Source: Rhynchobatus australiae
Lineage: Eukaryota
Direction of reading: 5' to 3'
NCBI GenBank assembly: GCA_034780895.1
Contig: JAUZTB010000076.1
Location: forward strand, 38,522,191 to 38,586,190
DNA: 64,000 nt
Both the position numbers and the translations under genes were made by a program. The stretch's first letter is position 1. Each line of letters begins with the position of its first letter. The notes under the pieces were generated by a model. That model saw only the letters and a program-made list of their open reading frames with translations. It was not told where the DNA came from and made no database searches. This document shows, piece after piece, positions 23,352 through 36,711 of this stretch.

Positions 23352-25903
23352 AAGGGAGGACATCATAGAAGGATTATCTATTGAGTCAGTGTGGGTGGAA
23401 GTCAGAAACAGGAAGGGAACAATCACTCTATTGGGAGTATTCTATAGGCTCCCAAATAGCCACCGGGACACCGAGGAGCAGATAAGTAGGCAGATTTTGG
23501 AAAGGTGCAAAAATAACTGGGTTGTTGGCATGGGTGACTTCAACTTCCCTGATATTGACTGGCACCTCCTCAGTGCAAAAGGTTTAGATGGGGTAGAATT
23601 TGTTAGGTGTGTACAGGAAGGATTCCTGACACAGTATGTGGACAGGTCGACAAGAGGAGAGGCCATGGTGGATCTGGTATTAGGCAATGAACCTGGTCAG
23701 GTGAAAGACCTCTCGGTGGGTGAGTATTTTAGGGATAGTGACCACAACTCCCTCACCTTTAGCATAGCCATGGACAAAGATAGCAACAGACATTATGGGA
23801 AAGTATTTAATTGGGAGGGGCAAATTACGATGGTATTAGGCAAGAACTCGGGAGCGTAAACTGGGGACAGATGTTCTCTGGTAAATGCACCACAGAAATG
23901 TGGAGGTTGTTTAGGGACCACTTACATGGGGTTCGAGATAGATTTGTCCCGCTGAGACAAGGAAAGGATGGTAGGGTGAAGGAATCATGGTTAACAAGAG
24001 AGGTGGAAGGTTTAGTCAAGAAGAAGAAGAAAGTATATTTAAGGTTCAGAAAGCAAAAATCAGATAGGGCTCTTGAGAGTTATAAAGTAGCCAGGAAGGA
24101 GCTTAATATGGGACAGGAGAACTATAAGGGGGCATGAGAGGGCCTTGCAAGTAGAGTTAAGGAAAACCCTAAGGCATTCTACACATATGTGAGCAACAAG
24201 AGGATGACTAGGGTGAGGGTAGTGAGGTAGACTCAGTGATAAGGGGGGAAAAATTTGTCTGGAGGTGAAGGATTAGGGGACATCCTAAATGAATATTTTG
24301 CTTTAGTGTTCACCAGGGAGAGGGATTTAGATAAATGTGAGTTTAGTGTAGAACAGGCAAATGTGCTGGATCATGTTGAGGTTAAGAAAGAAGCAATTGT
24401 TGGAGCTACTGAAAAGCATTAGGGTACTATGGGAAGTGAGGGAAGAGATTGCTGGAGTGTTAATGATGATCTTAGAGTCCGCCTTGGCCACAGGAGTGGA
24501 CCTGGATGATTGGAGGAAGGCATTGTTCAAGAAAGATAAAAGGGATAATCCCAGGAATTATAGGCCAGTGAGTCTTACATCAGTGGTGGGCAAACTGTTT
24601 GAGATGATTTTTAGGGACAGCATTTAGGAGCATTTGGAGAAGCATAGTCTTCTTAGGGATAGTCAACATAGCTTTGTGAAGGGCAGGTGGTGCCTCACAA
24701 GCCTAATAGAGTTTTTTGAGGAAATGATAAAACAGCTTGATGAAGGTAGTGCGGTGGATGTGGTACATATGGATTTTAGCAAGGTGTTTGACAATCTTCC
24801 CCATGGTAGGCTTATCCAGAAAGTCACGAGGTATGGGAGCCATGGAGAATTGGCTGTGTGGATTTGAAATTGGCTTGCCCACAGAAGGCAGAAGGTGGTT
24901 GTAGAAGGGAGGTATTCAACCTAGAGTTGGTGACTAGTGGTGTTCCGCGGGGATCTGTTCTGGAAACCCTGCTTTTTGTGATTTTTATAAATGATTTAGA
25001 GGAGAAAGTGGGAGGATGGGTTGGTAAGTTTGCAGAGGACACGAAGGTTGATGGTTTAGTAGAAGGTTGTCGTAGGTTTCAATGGAATATTGACAGGATG
25101 CAGAGCTGGGCAGCGAAGTGGCAGATGGAGTTCAATCTGGAGAAGTGTGAAGTGATACACTCTAGAAGATTGCACTTGAAGGTAGAATACATGGTTAATG
25201 GCAGGATTCTTAGCAGTGTGGAGGAACAGAGGGATCTNNNNNNNNNNNNNNNNNNNNNNNNNNNNNNNNNNNNNNNNNNNNNNNNNNNNNNNNNNTTCAT
25301 TAGTTGGGGGATTGAGTTCAAAAGCCAAGAGGTAATGTTGCAGCTCTATAAGACTCTGGTTAGACCACACTTGGAATGTTGTGTTCAGTTCTGGTCACCA
25401 TATTATAAGAAGGACATGGAAGCTTTGGAGAGGGTGCAGAGGAGATCTACAAGGATGCTGCCTGGATTGGAGAGCATGTCTTATGAGGATAGGTTCAGTG
25501 AGTTAGGGCTTTTCTGTTTGGAGCGACGGAGAATGAGAGGAGACTTGATAGAGGTATATAAGATTATGAGAGACATAGACAGCCAGCATCTTTTCTCCTG
25601 AGTGGCAATTGCCAATACTAGCGGTCACCCGTTTAAGGTGTGTGGAGGAAAGTTCCAGGGAGATGTCAGAGGTAGGTGTTTTTGCACAGAGAGTGGTGGG
25701 TGCCTGGAATGCACTGCAGGGGTGGTGATAGGGGCTGATGAGATGGGGTCATTTAAGAGGCTATTAGATAGGCACATGGATGTAAGAAAAAATAGAGGGT
25801 TATGGGAAGTGAAGTAGAGAGGGGGATAGATAGAATGGAGATCGGGTTAACATAGGTCGGCACAACATTGTGGGCCAAAGGGCTGTACCGTTCTATGTTC
25901 TAA
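23352..25903 (+). mobile_element. CR1 LINE, ORF2 (APE endonuclease + reverse transcriptase) with frameshifts and stops, plus 3' tail
   Basis: ESVWVE...MGDFNFPDIDW...SDHN (APE); NYRPVSLTSVVGK, GVPRGSVL, KFAED (RT); LVRPHLECCVQFWSP; tail ttctatgttct. Confidence 0.95.
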
Positions 25904-27609
25904 ACTTGAGGGTGATCCAGAAAAAGTGTTTGAATGTCATGTGTGTAATAAGACTTAGAATAAATAATACAAATGATACCAACAAAGATTTGATAATGAT
26001 GATATTGATAGTTTCCCAAGTTAAGTACTATAAAACGATAAAAAATTATTGTTGCTGTTGCAGATTTGACCAGCTTGATTATGGCACATGGCTGTGAATG
26101 GAATTCTAACCCTACAAGTAGACACATTGCAAATAGTTTAAAGAGCTTGATTGAACCGTTGGTTTGGTGAACCCTGTTTTCTGCTGCATCGCCACTCCTG
26201 AAAGGGGTAATTCTCACCTAACTCAACCATTAGGAAGCTGATGGGATCAGGTGCATGACATGCTTCACAGTACATCCATTATGCTTCACTGACTTTACAG
26301 AGAGTAACATTACATGGAGCACTAAACCAACACTGCATTCCATTTCTTATTTGCCTCTGGTCAAGTGGGTTAGAGTTGATTCTGCTCATCTCTAATTCTG
26401 TGATATCAGTTTAGAAATATCTTGTGTAATTTATATTCCTATTCTGACACATATTTTTGTTCAATTATGACCTATAAAAGAGACTGCTGTGATTACCACT
26501 AACTGATGAATCTTTTTGGAAGGCTGGTGCCAAACTGGAGAAGAAATTACACTGGTGCTTTAGAATTGAGGGAGCTGTATTCTGCCTCAACATATGTCTA
26601 TTGTGACCTGGGTTTGATTATCTGAAACAGTAAAGAATTCCATTTCTCAGTAATAACATCATGAAGTTTGCAAGTACAAAATTCATTAATTGTAGATATA
26701 GCATGGATTTATGTCCCTGTGCTATCCTTGTGAGTGGAAAGAAGATGAAAAGACAAGAGAGAAGACTGAATGCAGAAAAGGACATTTTGGAACTGGAGAG
26801 AATCAGACAGTGCAGAAAAGAATGTGAAATGATAACAGTAAAGTACAATGAGCAGGCAACATGTTAATGTCTCTTTTGTACTGGCTGGAAGAATGGCCAA
26901 TACAGGAGTACTCTTGTTCACCCAGAGCAGTCATAAGGTTTCATGGCAGTTTGTTGGCTGTAAATCTTGATCTCATCTTGTCATAAGCAGATGAATTGCA
27001 AGATTATTGTTACCCTATTATCCTCAGAAACTGTGGGGAGGAAATTTTGACCCCTTTGAGCAGATATTTTTGGAAATGGGGGTAGGGTGGAGGGTGTGGG
27101 GACTGTGTTAAAGTAATCAGGTATTGACATTTTAAAGCTGAGCCTTGACTTCCACATTTTACTCAAGAACATCAGACCATGCGCAGGAAATCCCCTCATG
27201 AGAGGGAGCTGGGAAATTTGAACATGGTTTTCACTGATTAAGAGTGATAAAAACAGGGTCTGGAGTCTCCCTGCCAATGAGAAAAGTAGTTACAGAAAAC
27301 TGTTGGACGTAGGTCGAAAAGCTGACTGGCAAATCTGGCAAAAATATTACCGCCTCACAGCTGCAATCTTGTGTGACTCTGTCAAAAGTTTTCTGTTGGG
27401 AGATTGTTGAACAAACTTCAGAGCAAAGTTTGCTGGAACTTAAGCTTCATTTGTGAACTCTGTTGACCACTTTTCAAACTTTGAAAGTGTCCCTCTGTTC
27501 AGTGCATTTNNNNNNNNNNNNNNNNNNNNNNNNNNNNNNNNNNNNNNNNNNNNNNNNNNNNNNNNNNNNNNNNNNNNNNNNNNNNNNNNNNNNNNNNNNN
27601 NNNNNNNNN

Positions 27610-28600
27610 TGCAGTTCTCCACACCCACAAAACCATGTGTGCTGCCAATGCTGTGACAGTATGGGACTCAGAGGAGGACAGTGACAGACCACAGAAGTCC
27701 ATGGAATGGCAGCAGAATGTTTGTCACTTCTCTACAGCTGTACAAGGTGGGAACTTGCAGGAGGGAACGTAGGATTTACAGCTAGAGGCTGACTTTCCTT
27801 GACTAGTTTGGACATCAGTGTCTGAGGAGGCTCAGGGTAGCATATCAGATGGGCAAATGTTTGTAGCACCTTGGAACAAGATCTGCAGGCTACTGAACCT
27901 GAGGCCTATGTTTAACCAGTAGCTGTCTACACAAGTACTAACCTCAACTTCTTTGCATTGGGATCCCAATGGGACTTGCTAAAGAGAGATATGTGTTATA
28001 TTTATAGAATTATGTTTTCTAGGGCAGCCAATCACATTGCCTCTGCAACCAATGAGAATGCATGTGTCCTCAGGTTTGCAGCTTGGCTTCCCACAGGTGC
28101 AAGTTATCACTGACTGCACCCATCTGACCACCAAGACATCTCCAGGTTACCCTGAACTGTCCATCACCAAGGAGGAATCCTACTCCATTAACATTCAATG
28201 GTCTGAAATTACGAGAATATCTTTCCGAGTACTGCACAGTACTCCGAGAGAGCTTCCATAATTCTCGGTCAGTCGACGTTGTCAGATCTCCAAGAGGACC
28301 TAAAGGCTGGCTTCTCAGAGACTCCCTTAAATCATGGCTGATGACCATTGTGGTCCAACAAGACCAAGAAGCAGGACAACCAAAGCAGCCTAACAACCAA
28401 AAGTTTCGGAGAGCAAGCTATCACCATGCTGAAGAAATGGTTCAGGTGCTTTGACAGATCTGAAGGCACCCTTCGATGGAATGGTTCTTTGCAATGCTGT
28501 TAGTTTTGGTGGGACAAGCCAGAGAAGGCAGAAGCTCTTTGAATGAAGGAGAAGAAGGAGCAGCAGGAAGGGAACACAAGAAGAATAGCACATATTGCTT
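27610..28600 (+). mobile_element. Degraded PIF/Harbinger DDE transposase relic
   Basis: Colinear motifs GFPQVQVITDCTH...YSINIQ (28085-28200), KGWLLRDSLKSWLMT (28302-28346) and FRCFDRSEGTL (28441-28473) match the Harbinger/HARBI1 motifs GFPxVxGxIDCTH..SLNVQ, GWLLGD.GY.L..WLMT and FRCLDRSGG.L. Confidence 0.75.
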
Positions 28601-29017
28601 CTCAGGATGCCCGCTCATTGAGGTTCACAGTATCTATCAGTCTACCCATCAACACTCTTTCTCTTGACCCCTTTCATCAATACAAATCAGACTTGTAAGT
28701 AGCCATGCTTGCCGTGCCCAATTGTTTGGTAGCAATCCATTTCTCTTCATTCCACACAACAGGTCTCTGTCAGCCATTGTGACTTGTGTGGAATGGTGAG
28801 ACGTGGATTGACAAGTAATGCTCACTTCAGTCCAAAGTGAATAAACGTAACCTCTAACCCTACTGCAGAGGTGGAAATTTGAAATAAAGACAGACGGTGC
28901 TGGAAAGGCCCAGGAAAGCAAACCCTTCAAAAATAACTTCCTGAACTCAAACAAGGTCATTTATTGCAGCCTTTAATGCTCTACTGACATGATGAAAGGT
29001 TAAGAACAGTACTTTAC

Positions 29018-29144
29018 CGACTGTAGGGGTGGTGGCAGCACTCAGCGAGTTAGTTGAAGATATGGAGGAAGTGCTTTCTGCTCGAGCCAAAGGTGCAACT
29101 GGTGGAGGACTAGAGGAATGAATTGGAGGGCTGAACGACCTGGA
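29018..29144 (-). CDS. SGIP1: SGIP1 exon [42 protein letters not shown]
   Basis: tttacag acceptor, G|GTAAAG donor; 127 nt; [13 protein letters not shown] motif. Confidence 0.95.
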
Positions 29145-29589
29145 CTGTAAAATATTAAATAAAATAAAACTGATTAGAAATCAAATCAGGTAAAACATCA
29201 TCACTTCAAATTTCAAAAGAAGCAACTCATCGTTTATTTTATGAGCCTCACGTGCAAGACAAAAACAATGAAGCGCTTAGTTTCAAGTTATACTAATTTT
29301 CTCTCCTGACTCCGATCTTGAAGGTGATAACTTATGTACGTTAGAGCGTGGCGATTGTTGGCAGCCTCACAAGACTGGAGGGTATTTTTTTTATATGTGA
29401 GCCAAGGAAGTGAGAGATTGCATGACACTTGATAGCCAAGGTACATGAAACAAATCCATTCTTCTCTTTATCTATTATCTGCCATTTGAGCAAGGAATCA
29501 CTGGAGAGCAATCATCAGCAAAGATTTTGGCAGTATTTTCCTCCCTGAATTGAGGAAAACTTGGGCCAATATCTCTCCTGCCGCTTGAG

Positions 29590-30000
29590 TGGAAATTGGG
29601 TAATCTGGCACAGGCTAATATGACGACATATGGTAACTGATTCAATATCAACAATCCATTAAACTTATGTACTGTCTTCAGCATAGTAAAAGGTCTCAAG
29701 GGACCCTTCATGAGTGTAAACAAACAAAATTTGACACCAAAACACGGGTGAAGCCATTAGGATGGGTGACAAACACTTTGGTCAAAGAGCTTAGTTCTGA
29801 GGAACATCTGAAGAAGGGGTAAGAGTTAAAGAAAGTGAGAAACCTAGGGAATGAATTTCTGAGTTTAGGACAACGGAAGGCACAACTACTATTGATGGAG
29901 CAATTAAAATTGGAAAAGATCTAGAGATCATGACTGCGGGAGAGAAAGTTTCCAGGGTTGGAAGAGATTACAATAGTAGACCCTGAGACAATGGAGGTCC
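29590..30000 (-). mobile_element. Degraded L2-like LINE fragment
   Basis: Reverse complement resembles 16800-17020 (ccaattttaattgctcc...tttgaccaaagtgtttgtcacc). Confidence 0.45.
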
Positions 30001-30862
30001 CAGTTCTAGAGCCAGGGAATCAGTCCTGTGGTGTTTTACAAAAGTTAGTTTCACTAAAAAAAATGGATTTGGGATATCTGATGTGGGAAATAAAATGGTT
30101 TATTCTTAATGTAAAATAAAGTGCGCTAAATGTTCCATCTTATTTGTGATATTTATCTGGTTCTGGATGCCTGAAATGAAGAAGTAATTCCCTGGCCTCT
30201 CGCGGCTATTCATTCTTGCCTTATATTCAATTCTGTGATGTCAATGAAACAGAACATTGTAGTGACAGATGTGATAGTGCTCGATCTACACTTTCATCCA
30301 AGAGGAATTTTTCCCCACAGTTTATATAATCATGTTTTGACCTCAGAGGGCAGGAAGTACTTTCTTGGGTCATCAATATATTCATGATTTTTGCTATTTG
30401 AGGTGAATCTCTTAGGATGTAATTAGAAAATGCAAAAGAAAGTACTGGATTTGGTAAATTGGGAATTGCAAGCAATTTGTTCACCTTGTTCAAGGAGTTA
30501 TTTCAAATTGGGCACTTGCAGAGTTTTAGTGACTGAATTCATCTTAGCTTAACTGGAGATTATGCCAAAGACAGACTGATGCTTGAATGCATGATCTCTT
30601 GGTCTGATTTCAATACCCAGATGATAACATGACTGGACTTTCATCATCATTCTTGCGAGAAATAGATAGAACAACGTATTTTTGTTGGATGTTAAACAGG
30701 AATTGTTATTTTGACATAGCATTATTCTACAGGCCTCCACACCGCAGAGCAGTGAGTTTCACAGGGGACAGCTGAAAGAACTAGGTTTCTCTCTGTGGCT
30801 TTGTGATACATTCCATTAATATCTTATTGCAATGAACGCTACAGTGATACATCAAAACGTAC

Positions 30863-30987
30863 CATATCAGTTACTCCAGGCTTTCCAGGAGGCAGTTTAG
30901 GTCGTGATGGTGGGCGAGGTGGTGGAGGAGGAGGAGTGTTACTGGTTATGCCCGATGGCGTTGCTGGACGGGCAGGAGATGAAGAAC
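30863..30987 (-). CDS. SGIP1: SGIP1 exon (G)[41 protein letters not shown]
   Basis: ttatttttag acceptor, GTACGT donor; 125 nt. Confidence 0.94.
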
Positions 30988-33900
30988 CTAAAAATAAGGA
31001 GACATGGTTTTAAATTTTACAAATTGCAGGGTGCTAAAATCAGGACAAGGAACTACAACCCATTGGAAAAGGTCCATGCAATGTGGTCAACACTGCATAG
31101 GGGTATGGGTGTAGGAAGGAAGAGACTAGACTATTGATGTGGTGGGTGACNNNNNNNNNNNNNNNNNNNNNNNNNNNNNNNNNNNNNNNNNNNNNNNNNN
31201 NNNNNNNNNNNNNNNNNNNNNNNNNNNNNNNNNNNNNNNNNNNNNNNNNNNNNNNNNNNNNNNNNNNNNNNNNNNNNNNNNNNNNNNNNNNNNNNNNNNN
31301 NNGCTTGGTTTGGCAGCTGATATAGGTCCAATGTCTGCAACCTGACATGTTGGGCTGGATCTCCTCAATGAAAAGCAGATCCCCAAGAACAGGAGTCTGA
31401 CTGTGCTTGAATTTAGATTGTGGTGGCCTGGGAATGTGCCAGGAATGTGGTGCAACCACTTCCACTTTTCCCCTCCCCAACTGTTAATTTAGCCCCCTAC
31501 ATTCAGCTTGCCTGGTGGGAATTAAAATCTACTTCATGGACTCGTGCTGTGTTTCCAGGGGTGTTGACACCACATTCATAGATTGCAAAATTGGCCATTC
31601 TTCACATGAGCAGAGTATTCAACCATGGAAAACATTTAATATTACATCGAATTTAAGAGAGATAAAATTAGAATCACAAGCACATTGAATGTTGTAGTTG
31701 TTTTCATTCTTGTGTTTGAATTTTTTAAAAATATCTTCCATGGTAGATACACTCATTAAAATTTTAAATTTGCTAAAGTGGCAAGTACAATTCTTCTCAT
31801 CCCATTTTGCACCCTAACTTTCAAGCTGGCTACAGTCTAAGACCCAGCATTTTCTGTTCCGGTTTCCTCTGATAGTGCTGACTCTGACTGTTCTCCCATA
31901 TGCGAGGCAAATACCAAGTGCTGACAGACTGCGGAGAGCATCACAGTCATCGTCTATACGCGATACTGGGGCACAGAAGGGAGTTACTGGTGAACTTTGA
32001 ATGGCAGTGTAAAACAGATGGTATTGAGTTAGCTACCTGTTATATGATTCCGCCTGATACTTTTTTCAAGCTGCTCAATGGAAGAGAAAGTTGTATAGCA
32101 GGCAGTTAACTCAGTGTCACTTGTTTTNNNNNNNNNNNNNNNNNNNNNNNNNNNNNNNNNNNNNNNNNNNNNNNNNNNNNNNNNNNNNNNNNNNNNNNNN
32201 NNNNNNNNNNNNNNNNNNNNNNNNNNNNNNNNNNNNNNNNNNNNNNNNNNNNNNNNNNNNNNNNNNNNNNNNNNNNNNNNNNNNNNNNNNNNNNNNNNNN
32301 NNNNNNNNNNNNNNNNNNNNNNNNNNNNNNNNNNNNNNNNNNNNNNNNNNNNNNNNNNNNNNNNNNNNNNNNNNNNNNNNNNNNNNNNNNNNTACAAACA
32401 AATATAGGCAAAATGGAAGCAGCAACATTGGGACATAAAGCCTTATAACCATAAACTCTTGTTATGGCTATAAACTAATGATCAAAATGTGCACTCAGCT
32501 GCATACAAATGTGATCTAACTACAAAACAGAAAGGATCTAGGAGAGGTGATGGAAATTGGCTGACAGGGAGTTGAATATGAGGGATGAAACTGTAGCATT
32601 GTCAGCCCTGCCCATGTTTCATTGAAGAATTCATATTTGTTTCTCTGTCTGAAGCATTTGCACTTAAAAATCTTCTCCAAATCACTTAACCCCTTGAATA
32701 AATTGACAGTGTCGCTAACGCTGAGCCTGTAGTACCCAGCCCCTCACTGCAATCCATAAGTTCAACATGGACCCAAGTCCAGCATATTTCAGTGCTACAC
32801 CAGATACCCTCCAAGTCTTTGAGGAAGTTCGGCTTTACTCTGGTTCTTATGTTCTACCTATATTGATGGTGATTGATTGACAGCAAATGAGTGATGATTT
32901 AACCCCAGCATTTCAGTTTAATGGATAAAGCAGCATTCTTTGCTTCTCCAATGATTCCCAGAAGATGACACTACAGTCCAGTGAACTGTGACAGGAGGCA
33001 GCAAATAGATGATCCATCTTATTAGCCTTCCAATGGAGTGAGCAGCACACTGAAAGGGTAAGCAGAACTCAAGNNNNNNNNNNNNNNNNNNNNNNNNNNN
33101 NNNNNNNNNNNNNNNNNNNNNNNNNNNNNNNNNNNNNNNNNNNNNNNNNNNNNNNNNNNNNNNNNNNNNNNNNCCATGTGAGTGGCAATGGTGCTCTGTA
33201 CACAATGTGATATCACCACAGATGCATAAAAACAATAACACCGTGAATATATCAACTGAACAACACCATGAATATAAAGAAAGCTCTGCACCTTTAAAAA
33301 TTTTTGTATATAGCTTTATAAAAATTTACTTTTGAAATAAAAATTTAAAAGCTTAGTCTGTACTGGCCCAAAAAAGGCTCTTGAAGTTCCAGGTCTGGGT
33401 TGAAGAGAAAGCACATTGCAACTCATCTTGTGCACTGCTAAAGTTGATTGAGTTTGACTCTCGGATCAGTCAGCGTTACTTTGCAAGCACTTGGGCCTTA
33501 AATGCAATTGTTTTGCCTTTTACAGGAGAGTTTACTGCATTCAAATAGATGGATCGTCATCGCCGCCACCACCTTCGAAGCAGGTGTCTGCCATCATGTC
33601 TTGTGTCCTTCCAGTTCTTCTGGGGTTTAATCTGCAAAACAGAAACTACAGCTGCTGAGGGAGCTGCCTGAGCCACACTTGTACCATTTTAAAGACTCAT
33701 TCCGCCACCAGTTTCTGCCAAGCTGTAGTTTTGAAGTTGCTTGACTCGGAAAGCGAGTTCCCCTTTAACCAGCATTAGAAGCTGAAAGCGTCGATGGTCT
33801 CCCTGGAGGAAGAACAAAATGGCTTCTTCGGACACTGCTGGGTGGCCGTTGTGGTGGTGAGAGGGCAGGGGGTCAGTGGTGGAGAAGAATCGTTGGAGCG

Positions 33901-36711
33901 AAGGCCAGAGGATGCTAATCGTGGAACGTGATTCTTCTGGGTAATTGTACCCCCGCGTCCTCTCATTGCCTCTTTGCCCCAGGCATGGTTGTGCAATAAC
34001 CTTATTTAATAGTGGGAGAGGGCTGTTACAATTGAATGGGTCTATAGCCAGGTGACTCAATTGGCCCATGTCCCTCTGTCACTGGGGGATGGGGCGCAGA
34101 GATGCGCATTAATACTGAGCCAGCGTTTATTTATATACATTTTTTTAATTTATTTGTTCTATTTGACCAGCTGTCTTTGCATTGGTGGTATCCCTACTGC
34201 TCTCGGGTTCTCCCACTGATGCTTTTGTTCAGGATGTCTTTGTACTTGTCCCCTACGTAGGTTCTCTGCAGTTGTCCAATGGTTCGAATGGTTGTCTGGT
34301 AGCACCAGAAGGCAAGTGAATTTGGGGGAAAGTCACTGTTTACCCATGAAAGGCGTTTGCTTCTCTCTAATGTTCTTGGTGCTTAGCATACGTGGTGGGG
34401 GGAGTGACGTGTTGCTGTTCATCTCCCTGGCTATGGAGTGGGGGTTTAATACTTGAGCAGGACTGAACTGTGAAACAGATTTTAAATGCACACCAGGGAT
34501 TGGGTGGGGTGGTGGGGGTTACAATTGCCGTCAAACCCAAGCTATGTTTGTTCTTTAAGGGCACAAAATGGTGGTGTCAGTGCTCCTGGACTGGAGAGTA
34601 AATGAGCCAGGGAGCCAACTCCTGTGGGCACTGGGGATTGCCACACAGTGGGGTAGTCAGGGAAGGCACTGGGGCAGGACGGGAAATAGCATAGAGGCAC
34701 TCCTGGTGATGATCCCAAGTATCGGCGGTCATCCATGGAAATGACATCTGGAGGAGGAGGGAGAAAGGTTCTGCTTCAGATGGATTGTCAGCCATTTAAA
34801 ATCCTTGCTTTGATGAGCCACTGATGTAATAGAAGACCCTACCCATTGTTACAATGCAGGTAATGTTACTGGGTGGGGCAAGGTCACTACCAGTAAGTGC
34901 AAATATTTAGGTCACTTTGCAGTGTTTAAAGAGCTCTGAACTGGGCCCCGAGTGTCCCACCTCAGAACCTGGCCCTGTGAGATTCTCTGAGCCCAGACAA
35001 CTGTGGTGTCTCAAACCAGGGACCAGCCATTTTATCTTTTTTATGTCCTTGCATATTTTATTGTGAATCAGGTAATGAGGAAAGGCTATTCATCTAATTA
35101 TTACCATTGTTTTCCCTGAAGCCCCCACCTTGTCCCTTTCAATGTGTTTTAAACAAAGTTTTATCATGAGATCCATGTTTGATTATTTTCTCTTCCTATT
35201 AGTTGCATGGCCTTCACAGTCAGAGTACTTTTTTTTTGGCTAGTCTACCACCATTTCCAGCTTGGTGCAGTGGATTCCTACCAGCTCTGTCCATGGTGCT
35301 GATCTCAGCGCAGTTCACAAGGTTGAACTGCTCATTAAATTAGTTGTTTCTTTTTAAGGACAAAGGACTGGTGTGGTATTCAGGTGTGCTGTGGGAGTTG
35401 GATCTTGCCACCCTGACCCAGCGTTGCAACCATTCCAGTAACACTCAAGACAGCTGATCAAGCTATTGCTCAAAAATCTGGTGTTTTATTTCTAAGAAAC
35501 ATTCCTCTCGTTACAAGGATAGTGTTAATAAGGTACAATGCAATTCCTTGAGCTCTGCTATGATTATCATGGGGTCTCTGCGTTGGGGATCTTTCTATAT
35601 CACCTACTGAAAGACTGGGCTTTGCACTAAGTTGAGAGTCCCTGCACAGAGGTCTCCTGAGTAGTAATTTCCTCCTGGAGCTGTCTTGCAATTTGGTTAG
35701 TTATTTAAACTCTAACTCTATAATATCACAAGGCCAGTTTAAAGCACCCAGTGTTGCCTTTCCCATTAAGCAGTCTAAACAGCTGGTACAAATGACCTGC
35801 CCCCTTACAGTTGGTGTGTTACTAGTAACACAAATTGTGAGGGTTTAGGCTGTGGTCACAGCTCCAGCTGCCTACCCTAGCAGCAAGTGCATGTAGGTGA
35901 AATATCAAAGGATGTGACTGTTAAAAGGTTTGAGACAGGATAGGGCGTGTGGTTTCTTGCAGCCTTTTGGAAGGGTCTGTAGGGAGTAGCTCATTGCCAA
36001 GGCTGAAGTGCAAACATAAGAGCATAGAATCATGTGTTTTCAACAAGGTAGCGTGAATTTGCAAGCACAGTAAGCATTTCATTCACTCCCAGTAGTAGCT
36101 GGCCGTCGGGCATCCCGATCAGCCTGACCTGATGTAAGGTCCGATGCTCCCAGGTGATCAGCCTCTGCTTCAAAGTGACTGCTTTTAATTTTGTGTAAAT
36201 GTATGAATGATGTGTATACAACTGAGTTTAAGGTCAATGTACAGGTACAGATTTTTTTTTAAAAACAAGAGGGAACTGGATAAAGAGGGGGAGGGATCAG
36301 TTGAGGCAAATGTTTATACTGTGAAAATACTATTGGTTTAAGTTTAAAAAGAATCATTTCAAGACATTACGTGGTTTCTCTTTTTCCCTTGATGTGCTAC
36401 TGGATTGGGATACATTGCAGAATTTGTGTTATCTGGTATACAACTTAAGAACCTGTTGGCCAGTTTCAAGAAAAGGGTAAAGATTATTGAGGAGGTAGGA
36501 TGGGGTGCTGGGGGGTGGGGGTGGGGGGGATGTTGTGAGAATGTCATTACAGATGCACGCTTTCAAAAGAAAACAAATTAGCAGAGCTTAGCACAGAATG
36601 GAAGAGCACAAATACAACAGGACAGAAGCAGGAAGAAGCCAGTTATGTTGCTGCTACTGAGGCTTCTTGCTGGAGACAGGCTAGTGCAGTGTTTAGGCAA
36701 ACACCACGTAC

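Noticed and set aside
33780-34000. Plus-strand GQWWRRIV resembling a Harbinger N-terminal motif
   Set aside because: A single short motif with no colinear downstream transposase motifs.
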